64,000 bases of DNA, from contig WJJJ01000022.1 of NCBI GenBank assembly GCA_014729775.1, forward strand, positions 13,313 to 77,312, given 5' to 3'. The notes below the pieces were generated by a model. It was not told the origin of the DNA, made no database searches, and was given only the letters and a program-made list of their open reading frames with translations. Of this stretch, positions 9,750-19,751 are shown piece after piece. Position 1 is the stretch's first letter. Every line of letters starts with the position of its first letter. The DNA is from Candidatus Omnitrophota bacterium. GTDB taxonomy: Bacteria; Omnitrophota; Gorgyraeia; Duberdicusellales; 4484-171. The translations under genes were made by a program, and so were the position numbers.

Positions 9750-10541
9750 CTAAAACAACTCTTTAATCTCTTCGAACAGCCGGGGAACCGTTTCCTGAGG
9801 ATCTCCCTGGAATACCTTCCCTCCCGTTTTCCGAGGCGGAGAGAAGACTTTCACCACCTGTGTCGGCGAGCCCTTCAATCCAATTGTCTTTTCATCTATT
9901 CCCAGGTCCTCGTTATTCCACACCGGTATTTTCGCTTTTTTCGCGGCCATTTTCCCGCGCAGTGATGGCATTCGCGGCTCATTGATCTCCTTGACAACGG
10001 TAAGTAATGCCGGCAGCTGCAATTCGAGTAATTCGTATCCGTCTTCCAACAGGCGCTCCACCACGATCACGCGCGGATCGGCGTCGAGATGGACGGTGTC
10101 GATCTTCCTCACGTACGTCGCCTGAGGTAAATCGATATGGGTCGCGATCCCGGGACCGACCTGTGCGGTGTCCCCGTCGGAAGCCTGCTTCCCGCACAGC
10201 ACCAGATCGAACTCCTTTATCTTCTCAATCGCCCTGGCCAGGACGAGACTGGTCGACCAGGTATCCGATCCGGCAAACACTCTGTCGCTGAGCAGCACCG
10301 CTTCGTCGCCGCCCAGGGCCAGCGCTTCCCGCAGCGCGGCTTCAGCCTGTGGAGGGCCCATGCTCAATAGAGTTACCTTGCCGCCGTACCGTTCTTTTAA
10401 GCGTACCGCTTCCTCAATCGCGTACATGTCGAACGGATTAATCACGGAATCCACGCCTTCCCGAACGAGCGTGTTGGTTTCCGGATTGATCTTGACTTCC
10501 GTGGTGTCGGGCACCTGTTTGATGCATACGATAATATTCAC
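9750..10541 (-). CDS. etfB: Electron transfer flavoprotein beta subunit
   Basis: VCIKQVPDT, INPFD, SMGPP, GSDT, CGKQASDGDTAQVGP, INEPR. Confidence 0.95.
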   Translation of the reverse strand: MNIIVCIKQVPDTTEVKINPETNTLVREGVDSVINPFDMYAIEEAVRLKERYGGKVTLLSMGPPQAEAALREALALGGDEAVLLSDRVFAGSDTWSTSLVLARAIEKIKEFDLVLCGKQASDGDTAQVGPGIATHIDLPQATYVRKIDTVHLDADPRVIVVERLLEDGYELLELQLPALLTVVKEINEPRMPSLRGKMAAKKAKIPVWNNEDLGIDEKTIGLKGSPTQVVKVFSPPRKTGGKVFQGDPQETVPRLFEEIKELF

Positions 10542-10563
10542 TCCGTACTCCTTTCGCCTGCGT

Positions 10564-11448
10564 TTATGTTCCGGCGCCTGCGCCGGTCAGGATCCGTAAC
10601 GCTTCGGAATATTTCTGCCGGGTTTTCTCCACGATCTCCTCGGGCAGTTCGGGGGCCGGAGGATTTTTGTCCCAGTTCAGACTTTTGAGATAGTCACGCA
10701 CAAACTGTTTATCAAAACTCGGCTGCCCCCCCCCGGGCTGATACTGACTTTTCGGCCAGAAACGGGAAGAATCGGGAGTAAACACTTCATCGACCAGGAC
10801 TAAATTCCCCTGATCAAACCCGAACTCAAATTTGGTATCGGCAAGAATGATCCCTTTTTGTTCGGCGTAAAGCCGCGCTTTCTGGTAAAGATTAATGCTG
10901 ATTTCCCGGATTTTCGTTGCGAGCCCTTCTCCGATATGGGATTTCATATACTCGAAATCAACATTCTCATCATGTCCGGTTTCCGCCTTGGTCGCCGGAG
11001 TAAAAATCGGTTTTTCCAACCGGTCCGATTCTTTCAGATTCACCGGCAGATCAATACCGCACACCGTGCCGTTTTCTTGGTATTCTTTCCAGGCAGAACC
11101 GGAAATATACCCTCTAACCACGCACTCAAACGGAACCACTTCACATTTTTTTACGATCATACTGCGCCCCTTCAATACATCCCAGTAAGGCCGCAGCCGG
11201 GAGGGATATTTCTGGATATCCACGGTAATCAGATGATTGCCGATGATCTCCTCCAAGAAGGAAAACCAGAACCGGGAAATCTGCGTGAGCACCTTTCCCT
11301 TCCCCGGGATCGCCGTCGGCAGCACGACATCAAAACAGGAAATCCGGTCGGTCGCGATAAGCAGCAGCCTGTCTTCCAGATCATACACGTCGCGGACTTT
11401 TCCTTTTTTAAACAGAGGCAGTTCCTGAATATTAGTTTCGAAGACCAT
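10564..11448 (-). CDS. purC: Phosphoribosylaminoimidazolesuccinocarboxamide (SAICAR) synthase
   Basis: GKVRDVY, ECVVRGYISGS, ADTKFEFG, TPDSSRFW, DKQFVRDY. Confidence 0.96.
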   Translation of the reverse strand: MVFETNIQELPLFKKGKVRDVYDLEDRLLLIATDRISCFDVVLPTAIPGKGKVLTQISRFWFSFLEEIIGNHLITVDIQKYPSRLRPYWDVLKGRSMIVKKCEVVPFECVVRGYISGSAWKEYQENGTVCGIDLPVNLKESDRLEKPIFTPATKAETGHDENVDFEYMKSHIGEGLATKIREISINLYQKARLYAEQKGIILADTKFEFGFDQGNLVLVDEVFTPDSSRFWPKSQYQPGGGQPSFDKQFVRDYLKSLNWDKNPPAPELPEEIVEKTRQKYSEALRILTGAGAGT

Positions 11449-11462
11449 GGCTCACATCCTTT

Positions 11463-13337
11463 CTACTTTTTAAGGAACTCCTCCGGCGCGACGAGCTCAC
11501 CGTGCTGCCTCAGGCAATCTTGCAGCCGCTGCTCCTGCGCGTCGAGTTCCTGGAAAAACCGTGCGGGAATATCTTTTAAATTCACGTAAATGTTCCGGAT
11601 CCGTTCGATCTTGGCCAGATTTTCCTTCACCCGGAGGGAAAACTGGCGGCGGTAATCGTCCCGGGAGAACTCTTTCTTCAACACCTGCTGAAACAGCTTT
11701 TTGAGGTCTTCATACAAGGGGATATAGCCGGTAGGCGTGAGGATCGCGTCTGCCTTGCCCGAAGAACGAAGCCGTACCCACTTAAGCCACACCCGCTTAT
11801 CGTGAATCGCGTTCAGGAATCGGCCTTCTTTGTCTCTCAGGAAATAATTGACGGAAAAGATCATCGGCGCCTGGTCCGGCTTTCCGCCGAATTCAAGATT
11901 CATCTTCACATATTTCCCAAGCGAAACGGAAAGAAAGTCCATGTTTGACATAGGATTAAACACCCGGACCCCTTCCTGGCCCAAAGTTGCCGCGGTCGTT
12001 TCGGATTCGAGACTTGCCGCCTTGATACAAATCCCCTGCTCCCAGGAAAGCGCCTGCTCTACCGGCACCCAGGTATCGGAATCCCGGCCGCCGTAAATGA
12101 GTCCGCTCACCTTGACTCCGTCGGGATTTTCTAAATTTTCATCGACGTTTTCCAGATCTTTGAGCCGGATGGTATAGCGGGCGTTTTTGTGCGAGGGAGG
12201 TATTTCCTGGCCCTGCTCGTCGGCTTTTCCCGGGAACCATTGCCCATAAAAGTTTTCTCCCTTATGCGGCATCTCTCCGGGCTTGCCCATCCAGTACGGC
12301 GTCCCTTCGGGATCGACCAGCACGTTGGAAAAAATCCGTTCGCCCTCGCTGGTGAGCGCTTTATACAGAATCGGATCGTCGTCTGCATTCACGTCCTTGA
12401 TAATACCGAATATCCCCCGCTCGACGTTCACTCCGCGCACTTCACCGTCACGTACCCGCAGATAGGCGATATCATCGCCGACAATCGTTTCCCCGGGAAG
12501 CATCGCGGTTGAGGTCTTCCCGCACATACTGGGATAGGCACCGCTGAAATATGCTTTTTCCCCGTCAAGATCGGAAATCGACATCAGAAACATATGTTCG
12601 GCGAGCCATCCTTCCCGGGAAGCTTTCTGAATTGCCAGCCGCAGGGCAAGTTTCTTCAGCCCCACGGTGTTGCCGGCATATTGAGTATTCGCGCTGTATA
12701 CCAGTTCGTTTTCCAGATCGATATAGACTCTCCGCTGGTCTACGTTTTTACTCACGCCGTTCTCGAGTACTCCCGCACTGTGCACAAACCGAAAAAACTG
12801 ATCCGTTCCGGGATTGTTCCGGAACTGTTCGTATCCGGCCCGGTACAGGATATCCTCGGAATGCGCCACGTACGAAGAATCCGTAATCTGCACCGCGTAA
12901 AGAGAAAAAGGCGAATCCGCCGGTCCCAGACAGAAAAAACACACGAACATTTCTTTTCCGCACATAATTCCCCGCAGAATCTCCCCGATCTCCCGGATGC
13001 CCGATTCCCGCTCCACGGTATTCACGTAATAGCTTATTTTGGCTCCTTTCGGCATCAAATAGCGGGTATTCTTCTTATCCCGCGCCTGGTCGCGGTATCC
13101 GTCAAAATGCACGGTATGCCCGTTTACCGCAAGCGCCTTTTCCTCTCCCAGCGCGAGTGTCCGCTCCCGGATATACTTCCGGTCCTCCTCGCTGTCGGTA
13201 CGCACAAAAATCTTGTCCGGCTCCATAAGAGCGGCGTACTCACTCACGAATTCCAGAACCTTCGGATTCTTTAAGTCCCGGAGTTTGCCGTAATTTTCCG
13301 CATCCATTTTGTTCTTCAGCATGTCTTGAGATTGCAT
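11463..13337 (-). CDS. pckG: Phosphoenolpyruvate carboxykinase (GTP)
   Basis: YAGN..GLKKLALR, GWLAEHM, GAYPSMCGKTSTAM, VGDDIA, HKNARY, GGRD. Confidence 0.92.
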   Translation of the reverse strand: MQSQDMLKNKMDAENYGKLRDLKNPKVLEFVSEYAALMEPDKIFVRTDSEEDRKYIRERTLALGEEKALAVNGHTVHFDGYRDQARDKKNTRYLMPKGAKISYYVNTVERESGIREIGEILRGIMCGKEMFVCFFCLGPADSPFSLYAVQITDSSYVAHSEDILYRAGYEQFRNNPGTDQFFRFVHSAGVLENGVSKNVDQRRVYIDLENELVYSANTQYAGNTVGLKKLALRLAIQKASREGWLAEHMFLMSISDLDGEKAYFSGAYPSMCGKTSTAMLPGETIVGDDIAYLRVRDGEVRGVNVERGIFGIIKDVNADDDPILYKALTSEGERIFSNVLVDPEGTPYWMGKPGEMPHKGENFYGQWFPGKADEQGQEIPPSHKNARYTIRLKDLENVDENLENPDGVKVSGLIYGGRDSDTWVPVEQALSWEQGICIKAASLESETTAATLGQEGVRVFNPMSNMDFLSVSLGKYVKMNLEFGGKPDQAPMIFSVNYFLRDKEGRFLNAIHDKRVWLKWVRLRSSGKADAILTPTGYIPLYEDLKKLFQQVLKKEFSRDDYRRQFSLRVKENLAKIERIRNIYVNLKDIPARFFQELDAQEQRLQDCLRQHGELVAPEEFLKK

Positions 13338-13359
13338 TTACCCCTCCTAAATCGTGCCT

Positions 13360-13388
13360 AATGTACCATAATCTTATGCCCCTCGCAA
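13360..13388 (-). promoter_or_regulatory. Putative sigma70 promoter for pckG-purC-etfBA
   Basis: Minus strand TTGCGA-N17-TACATT with TGn extended -10. Confidence 0.45.
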
Positions 13389-13440
13389 GGATTTTCTCCC
13401 TGCGTTCAGACAAACATGCACGCGTGTGCGGAAAAAATTT

Positions 13441-15876
13441 TTACCGTTTTTTCAGGGAAAACTTTTTACTTTTCCGGAAAGGAAGTGAATACTCTTTGCC
13501 GTATACCCGCACTTTGACCTTTTTTCCCGTGTTCTTTTCCACCCGTTCAACCCGTAACGTTAAATAGCGGGAAGTAAACGAAAATATATACCATGCGTCC
13601 TGGAACCGCAACCGGAACCGGAGCCGTTTCCATTTACGGGGTACCCGGGGATACGCGCACAGAATACCGTCCTGGATGGTCACCCCCGCAAACCGGCGCA
13701 CCAGGATATCAATGGAACCGCCCATCACCCCGCAATGAATCCCCTCCGGCGTGGTTCCTCCCTGGATATCGTGCACATCGGACGACATCACCTCATGAAA
13801 CCATTTCATCGACTTTTTTTCCATTCCCAGCTCATGGGCGAGATAGCAGTGGACCACTTTACTCAGGGTGGATCCGTGAGAAGTCCGCTGTTCGTAATAA
13901 CGGAAATTCTTGCGAATCTGGGAAAGGTCGATCTCATACCCAAGCCCCTTAAAAATTCTCCGCACTTCCTCAAACGGGAACAGATAAAAAATCATAAGCA
14001 CGTCGGCTTGTTTCGCGACCTTGTATTCGTCCGGGTATTTCCCCTCGGCTTTCAGTATGCGGTCCATCCGCTGTATATTTTTATACTCGGCCCGGTATGC
14101 TTTCCAATTCAGCTCTTTCAGGGAAAAGTAGCCCTGGAACTGGCTGATAATTCCGTCGTCGTTGATAAGGACCTTCATTTTTTTGGTGATTTCTCCCCAG
14201 CGCGTCAATTCGCTCTTTTTGAGCGAAAGCTTTTTTTTCAACGATTCGCGGTCTTCCCCGTTCAGTATCTCAAGAATCTGCGCGGCGCTGCGTAATACCC
14301 ATACCGCCATCACGTTGGTATAGGCGTTATCATCGAGTCCGGGATGATCCGAACCGGGACACATTTCGTGAAATTCATCAGGCCCCATGACGCCCCGGAT
14401 ATGGAACCTCTGGTCCTTCTCGTCATATTCGGCCAGGCTCTCCGCCAGACGGGCGATTTCAAGAAACGTTTCCGCGCCGTACTGTTTCAGAAACGCGTAA
14501 TCTCCGGTGATCTTCCAATACTCCCAGATATTGAACGCGATAATAAAAGAAATATGTCTCTGAAGCCGGCTGTAATCCGGACCCCATTTCCCCGATAAAG
14601 GATTCAGATGAATCTCCTGGGTTTCCTCCTCTCCGGACGCGCCGCTCTGCCAGGGGAACATCGCTCCTTTAAACCGGTTCGCCCGGGCGAGTTTCCGCGC
14701 CTGGTCCAGACGGCGGTACCGGTACAGAAACAGCGCTTTCGCCACTTCGGGTTGATGAAAATCGTAAAAAGGGAACACGAACACCTCGTCCCAGAACACG
14801 TGTCCCCGGTACGCTTCCCCGTGCAGGCCTCGCGCCGGAATGCCGGCGTCGATCTCCGCGTTGTGGGCGGTCGCGACCTGAAGCAGATGAAACGTGTGGA
14901 ACCTGAGCGCCATCTGGGCGAACGCATCTCCCTCCAGATGAATATCGTGGTCGCCCCATAACCGATGCCAGGCCTTCACGTGACTTTGAAAAAGTTCCGG
15001 AAACGACGGAGCCCGTTTGGTCTCCTTGACCGCGGCATGTACCGGCCGTTTCACTTTTTTATCCCGCGAGGTATACAGTGCTACGATTTTTTCTACCGTG
15101 TACGTGTGATTTTCTTTGACCTGCATCTTCCATTCCTGGCCGATGCGTTCGCGGCCTTTCATTAACCTGCGGGTAACAGGCCGGATTCGCGGCGAGATCT
15201 CCTTGTTGTCCTGAAACACCCGCACCCGTTCGGCTTCGGCGATCTCTACTCCCGACTGACTCGTTTTCATCGATAAATACACGCCGTTTTTCTGAAACCT
15301 GCCGTTGGCGCAGGGCTGGAGGTGTTTGGAATTCAACTGACGATAACGGGCGACTCCCAAATTTTCCACCGCGCCGTCGAGCATAGTCCGTACCGTAATT
15401 TCTCCATGGTAATTTTCCGGCGTAATTTTGTATTCGATCGCCCCCAGATGCATCCGTTCCAAATGGATGAGCATCCGGGATTCCACTTTGAAACGGGCTC
15501 CCTTTGCCGTTCGGAACCTGACGGTCCGCGAAACCACGCCGTCCTTCATGTGCAGCTGCATCCGGTAAGTAAGGATCCGCGCAGTAGAAGGGCAGAACCA
15601 GTCCTCGTCCCCGGCGCGAAAAGTGACGAAATTCCACTGAGGACAGTTCACCATGTCTTCGTTGGTCACGCATTTTTTTTCAAAACACGTTTCCAGCTTG
15701 TTATAAAGACCGGCGACATAGGTGCCTGGGTAATGGATCTTCGACGCGGTAGCTTCCGGAGCCGCCGCCCGGGTTCCGAAATACCCGTTTGCCAGCGTGC
15801 ATAACGCCTCGCGCAGCTGTTCCTGCGCCGGCTGGAACCGTTTGTAGGTCAGTTTCCAGTTGCTGAACTTTTCCAT
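13441..15876 (-). CDS. Glycoside hydrolase family 65 (trehalose / trehalose-6-phosphate phosphorylase-like)
   Basis: LANGYFGTR, ARGLHGEAYRGHVFWDE, GAMFPWQS, GPDEFHE, KQADVLM, TSHGSTLS. Its start overlaps the upstream gene's stop. Confidence 0.9.
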   Translation of the reverse strand: MEKFSNWKLTYKRFQPAQEQLREALCTLANGYFGTRAAAPEATASKIHYPGTYVAGLYNKLETCFEKKCVTNEDMVNCPQWNFVTFRAGDEDWFCPSTARILTYRMQLHMKDGVVSRTVRFRTAKGARFKVESRMLIHLERMHLGAIEYKITPENYHGEITVRTMLDGAVENLGVARYRQLNSKHLQPCANGRFQKNGVYLSMKTSQSGVEIAEAERVRVFQDNKEISPRIRPVTRRLMKGRERIGQEWKMQVKENHTYTVEKIVALYTSRDKKVKRPVHAAVKETKRAPSFPELFQSHVKAWHRLWGDHDIHLEGDAFAQMALRFHTFHLLQVATAHNAEIDAGIPARGLHGEAYRGHVFWDEVFVFPFYDFHQPEVAKALFLYRYRRLDQARKLARANRFKGAMFPWQSGASGEEETQEIHLNPLSGKWGPDYSRLQRHISFIIAFNIWEYWKITGDYAFLKQYGAETFLEIARLAESLAEYDEKDQRFHIRGVMGPDEFHEMCPGSDHPGLDDNAYTNVMAVWVLRSAAQILEILNGEDRESLKKKLSLKKSELTRWGEITKKMKVLINDDGIISQFQGYFSLKELNWKAYRAEYKNIQRMDRILKAEGKYPDEYKVAKQADVLMIFYLFPFEEVRRIFKGLGYEIDLSQIRKNFRYYEQRTSHGSTLSKVVHCYLAHELGMEKKSMKWFHEVMSSDVHDIQGGTTPEGIHCGVMGGSIDILVRRFAGVTIQDGILCAYPRVPRKWKRLRFRLRFQDAWYIFSFTSRYLTLRVERVEKNTGKKVKVRVYGKEYSLPFRKSKKFSLKKR

Positions 15877-17465
15877 TATTTCACCGAAAGCATTTGTTGG
15901 AAGAAAGATTTGACTTCGTCCGGAGAAGAAATACGGAAATCGGCCGACGAAGGTTTCGGCTGGGCCGCGACTAATATCGTCGCCCCGCGGGTTCTGACCA
16001 CGCGAAACGCATCCTCGTCGGTCGTATCGTCACCGATATAGACAATCAGAGAATCACTCCAATTTTTCTGGAGCGTTTTCATGATCCACCGCACCGCTTT
16101 TCCCTTATTCCAGTCAAGCGCGGGGAGGATTTCGAACACTTTCTTCCCGTGCATACAGCGCAGCCGCGGATGCGCGTCCACGATTTCCTCCACGCACTGC
16201 GCGATTGCCGCGCATTCTTCCCGGGCGACAAGACGGTAATGCACGGCCACGCTGAATTTTTTCTCTTCGATCAGCGCGCCTTCAATGCCTTTGAGCCGCT
16301 CTTTCAGCTGTCGGATAATTTCATCGATCGTGGGAATCAGCGCTTCCACTTCCGGCAGGACCATGGAAAATCCGGGCCCCCGGATATCAAATCCGTGACT
16401 GCCTGCGTAAAAAATGTCTTTTATTCCGGCCAGCGATTCCACGTCTTCCCGCATGCGTCCGCTCACAATCGCAACGGTATAGCTTTTCGCCAGCTTCTCT
16501 ATTTCTCTCCGCATTTCATCGGAAATCACCGCGTCCTGCGGACGGTCCACGATCGGCGTCAGCGTACCGTCGTAATCCAGAAAAAATACGATCTCTTTTC
16601 CCGAAAAAAACGTTTCTTTCCCGGACCGGCAAAAAGACGGGTGAGCCGGGATCCCCACTTGGGGAGCCGGAGGATTTTTTCCCCAATGAGACAGAAGTTC
16701 GGGCGGGGTCCGTTGAAACCACTGATCAATATTCTCTTTACTCGCTTCCTCCAGGTCTTTGATCACCAGATCGGCTCCGTGTGCGAATAGATCATCCGTA
16801 TTCCCTTCGCGCGCGATCCCCAGTACCAGACGAAAGCCGCCGTTACGGCCCGCGCGTACGCCGCTGGTAGCGTCTTCCACGACGAACGAATCTTGGGGGA
16901 GGAATCCGAGATTGGCCGCCGCCCGGACGAAAATATCCCCTTCAGGTTTTCCCTGGAGTCCGAGCTCCGCCGACACCACCCCGTCAACCCGGGTTTCAAA
17001 CAGTTCTTCAATCCCCGCGGCTTCCAGAATAAATTTGCAATTCTTTGACGAAGACGCGACTCCGATACGGATCCCCGCGTCTTTCAGTTCCCGGATAAAG
17101 ACCAAAGAAGATTCGAACAGCTCGACCCCGTCTTCACGGATCACTTGGAGAAACTTCTCGTTTTTCCGGTTACCAATCCCGCACACGGTTTCCTGCCCGG
17201 CCTCATCGGTCGGTTCTCCGTACGGGATCTCAATCCCCCGGGACTCAAGAAAGCTTTTTACCCCCTCATAGCGGGGTTTGCCGTCCACGAACGGCAGATA
17301 TCCTTCTTCATAGGTGAATTCTTTGAACGGAGTACCGTCCCGCTCTTCCAGCATCCCAAGATACTCGTCAAACACCGCTTTCCAGGCCTTAAAATGCACG
17401 GTAGCCGTATTCGTAATGACTCCGTCCAGATCAAAAATTGCCGCTTTACATTCCGAACTGCTCAT
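15876..17465 (-). CDS. otsB: beta-phosphoglucomutase-like HAD fused to trehalose-6-phosphate phosphatase
   Basis: N-terminal DLDGVIT, GKPEGD, VEDA; C-terminal FLDYDGTL, SGR, AGSHG, HYR, WNKGKAV, YIGDDTTDEDAF. Confidence 0.88.
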   Translation of the reverse strand: MSSSECKAAIFDLDGVITNTATVHFKAWKAVFDEYLGMLEERDGTPFKEFTYEEGYLPFVDGKPRYEGVKSFLESRGIEIPYGEPTDEAGQETVCGIGNRKNEKFLQVIREDGVELFESSLVFIRELKDAGIRIGVASSSKNCKFILEAAGIEELFETRVDGVVSAELGLQGKPEGDIFVRAAANLGFLPQDSFVVEDATSGVRAGRNGGFRLVLGIAREGNTDDLFAHGADLVIKDLEEASKENIDQWFQRTPPELLSHWGKNPPAPQVGIPAHPSFCRSGKETFFSGKEIVFFLDYDGTLTPIVDRPQDAVISDEMRREIEKLAKSYTVAIVSGRMREDVESLAGIKDIFYAGSHGFDIRGPGFSMVLPEVEALIPTIDEIIRQLKERLKGIEGALIEEKKFSVAVHYRLVAREECAAIAQCVEEIVDAHPRLRCMHGKKVFEILPALDWNKGKAVRWIMKTLQKNWSDSLIVYIGDDTTDEDAFRVVRTRGATILVAAQPKPSSADFRISSPDEVKSFFQQMLSVK

Positions 17466-17572
17466 TCATCCTCCTTGCCGTTTAAGAACATCTATTATAC
17501 AGGAAGTCCGCCGCCCGTGAAACGAAAAAATGAAACTTTGTCGCGGAAAACGTTCCAAAGCGGAATATGAAA

Positions 17573-18052
17573 TCACTTTTGGCCGGGGGACGATTTCAAA
17601 TCAGGCGGCGTAAGATCGATCACTTCTTCCGCATCCATCTCAATCACGTACTGCGGCCGGGGGAACTGCGATTCCGGATGATGTTGGGTATTGCGTTCCC
17701 GCTGGACGTTGCGGATTAGCCGCGCGGAAATCCGCTGGGTCACCCGCTCATCCCAGGCCCGCAAAATAGTCTCCGGGATATTATGACGGTCAATGAGATG
17801 GGCCCGGCCCTTGATCACGTACCCCCGGAACTGATGCTCATCCACCGCGGTAATACTGATCACGGGATTTTGCTTCAAATTCCGGAACGTCCGCCCCAGA
17901 TACAAATCCAGTAAATAAATCTTGTATCCGTCTTCAATGTAGCCGATCCCCTTGGCGGAACAGTGAATAGACCAATCCGAGGTAATGCTGGACACCACCA
18001 CAAAATGCTGTTTCAGCAGGAAATTCTCAATCCCCCGGGACAACAGGCTCAT
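17573..18052 (-). CDS. Pyridoxamine 5'-phosphate oxidase-like FMN-binding protein
   Basis: HCSAKG, RTFRNLKQNP, GYVIKG pattern of split-barrel flavin-binding proteins. Confidence 0.7.
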   Translation of the reverse strand: MSLLSRGIENFLLKQHFVVVSSITSDWSIHCSAKGIGYIEDGYKIYLLDLYLGRTFRNLKQNPVISITAVDEHQFRGYVIKGRAHLIDRHNIPETILRAWDERVTQRISARLIRNVQRERNTQHHPESQFPRPQYVIEMDAEEVIDLTPPDLKSSPGQK

Positions 18053-18288
18053 GCCTGCTCCTTTCTTGACGGCTGTGCGCCGCCGCAGCGCGCCTTACAC
18101 CCCGCTTTGTGCAGAATAATTTCCGCCGGGCAAAATCCGGTAAACGCTGACTGCAGCAGATTCAGACCGACGAAGGCAGTCAGCGCAAACCACCATCTGC
18201 TGACCAAAAGCCCCAGCAGTAAAGAGATCAGCACTACGCTCCCGGCAATCACCCGCACTCCCTGTTCCAACGTAAATGTCTTTTTCAT
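18049..18288 (-). CDS. DUF2892 (YgaP-like) membrane protein
   Basis: Two TM helices; FVGLNLLQSAFTGFCP motif. Confidence 0.85.
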   Translation of the reverse strand: MKKTFTLEQGVRVIAGSVVLISLLLGLLVSRWWFALTAFVGLNLLQSAFTGFCPAEIILHKAGCKARCGGAQPSRKEQA

Positions 18289-18443
18289 CGCTTTTCCTCC
18301 CGGATAGTAAATTTCTCTCAGACCGCAGCTCCTGTTCCCTCACGTCTCGGGGAAGGTCACCTGCCCTGCCGGCGGCCGGCCGGGCACAGACTCCCCCGTT
18401 TTTTCTGCCCCTCCCGCACCCCGCATCCAGGATCAAGAAGATC

Positions 18444-19751
18444 TCAAAACGCATACCTCACCCGCAGGTACACGTTCTTATTCCTCTCCAGCTGTCCGAA
18501 CTCGGTAGAGTCATCTTCACCCCAGATCAAATTCGCGCCGAAGGTAAAACTCAACTGGTCGGTCACGTCATAATCGACTTTCGGACGCAGATACGCGTCC
18601 CGGTCGGAAGGAGAAAAAAACAAAAAAAGCCCGGCATCAACCGTTTGATTCCAGTACTGTTGATTGATCCGCAGCGTCAGCAAATGCCGGAATTCATCCC
18701 GCGCGACATCCCCGGGCAGCAACGCCCGGCGGTAGGAGTCATATTCAAGCCGCTGTTCAAGCAAATACTGCACGCCGATCCGAAGATCATTGCCGAGATC
18801 CTGGTCGTAGCCGACAAGATACTTGCACATTGAGTTGGGAATCAGCCGGTTATCTCCGGCGCTGTCCTCCCGGGAATGATAATAGGCAAATTCCGCGTTC
18901 GCGATTCCCTCATAAAAGGGACCGCGTACACTCATACCGTAGGCGTCAAGGCGGGGGAAATACAGCCGGCGCTGCATTTGGTTTAATATTCCCCGCGGCA
19001 TTTTATAATGTCCCCGAAACGCGTACCAGGCGAATTCGTACCGCCCGAAATTCCGGTATGCCCTCATGGCGACTTCGGAATGTTCCGGCTGTCGGGCCGG
19101 TTCCACTACGGTCCGGTTGACCGACCTGGCGGCAATTCTCTGCTGGAACACGTCATAGAAAGAAAGTCTCTGGCCGGTAAAAAAATCATTGGGTTCACAC
19201 ACCGGGATCAGAGCAAGATCCAGATTGACCGGATCGGTATAAAAGGAAACCCGGACTCCGTCGCTGGGTTTTTTCAGATATTCATCGTCGCGCCCGATAT
19301 AGAACGAAATATAATCTTTGGGAAACAAATCGTTCAAAAAGAGATAATCCCCGGTGCCCCAGGTAAACACCTGCCGGCCCATCCTCAGATCCATCCAGGA
19401 AAGAGGCGACAGGATAAGGTTCAACTCCCGCAGTTCGAATTCCGCCCGGCCGCCGTAATACTCATCCAGCAGAAAATCACCGCGAAAATTGACGGCGGCC
19501 ATCCAGTCCTTCCAGACCTCGGCGAACTCAGGGTACCAGGTCGTTTCCAGCTGGAGACGCTGTTCCAACATCGACAGATCTTCGTGTTTCGTCGTATCGT
19601 CGCCCAGCTTCCCGCCGTATCCGGCTTCCACAAATCCGCCGATCCGCGGCCCGTCTTTTCCCAGCCGGAACGCCGCCTCGGCCGGAACGCTCCGCCCGGC
19701 CAGGCACAATCCGGCAGCGCAGGCGAACACTCCCTTTAATAATCGAGCCAT
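18444..19751 (-). CDS. Outer-membrane beta-barrel protein (DUF1302-like)
   Basis: Signal peptide; LRE, GRQVFTWG motifs; C-terminal RVRYAF beta-signal; in operon with MMPL and LolA-like genes. Confidence 0.7.
   Translation of the reverse strand: MARLLKGVFACAAGLCLAGRSVPAEAAFRLGKDGPRIGGFVEAGYGGKLGDDTTKHEDLSMLEQRLQLETTWYPEFAEVWKDWMAAVNFRGDFLLDEYYGGRAEFELRELNLILSPLSWMDLRMGRQVFTWGTGDYLFLNDLFPKDYISFYIGRDDEYLKKPSDGVRVSFYTDPVNLDLALIPVCEPNDFFTGQRLSFYDVFQQRIAARSVNRTVVEPARQPEHSEVAMRAYRNFGRYEFAWYAFRGHYKMPRGILNQMQRRLYFPRLDAYGMSVRGPFYEGIANAEFAYYHSREDSAGDNRLIPNSMCKYLVGYDQDLGNDLRIGVQYLLEQRLEYDSYRRALLPGDVARDEFRHLLTLRINQQYWNQTVDAGLFLFFSPSDRDAYLRPKVDYDVTDQLSFTFGANLIWGEDDSTEFGQLERNKNVYLRVRYAF

Noticed and set aside
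8515-9753. 412-aa plus-strand ORF and similar antisense ORFs over fusA, RND and MMPL genes
   Set aside because: They fully overlap well-supported minus-strand genes and show no family motifs.
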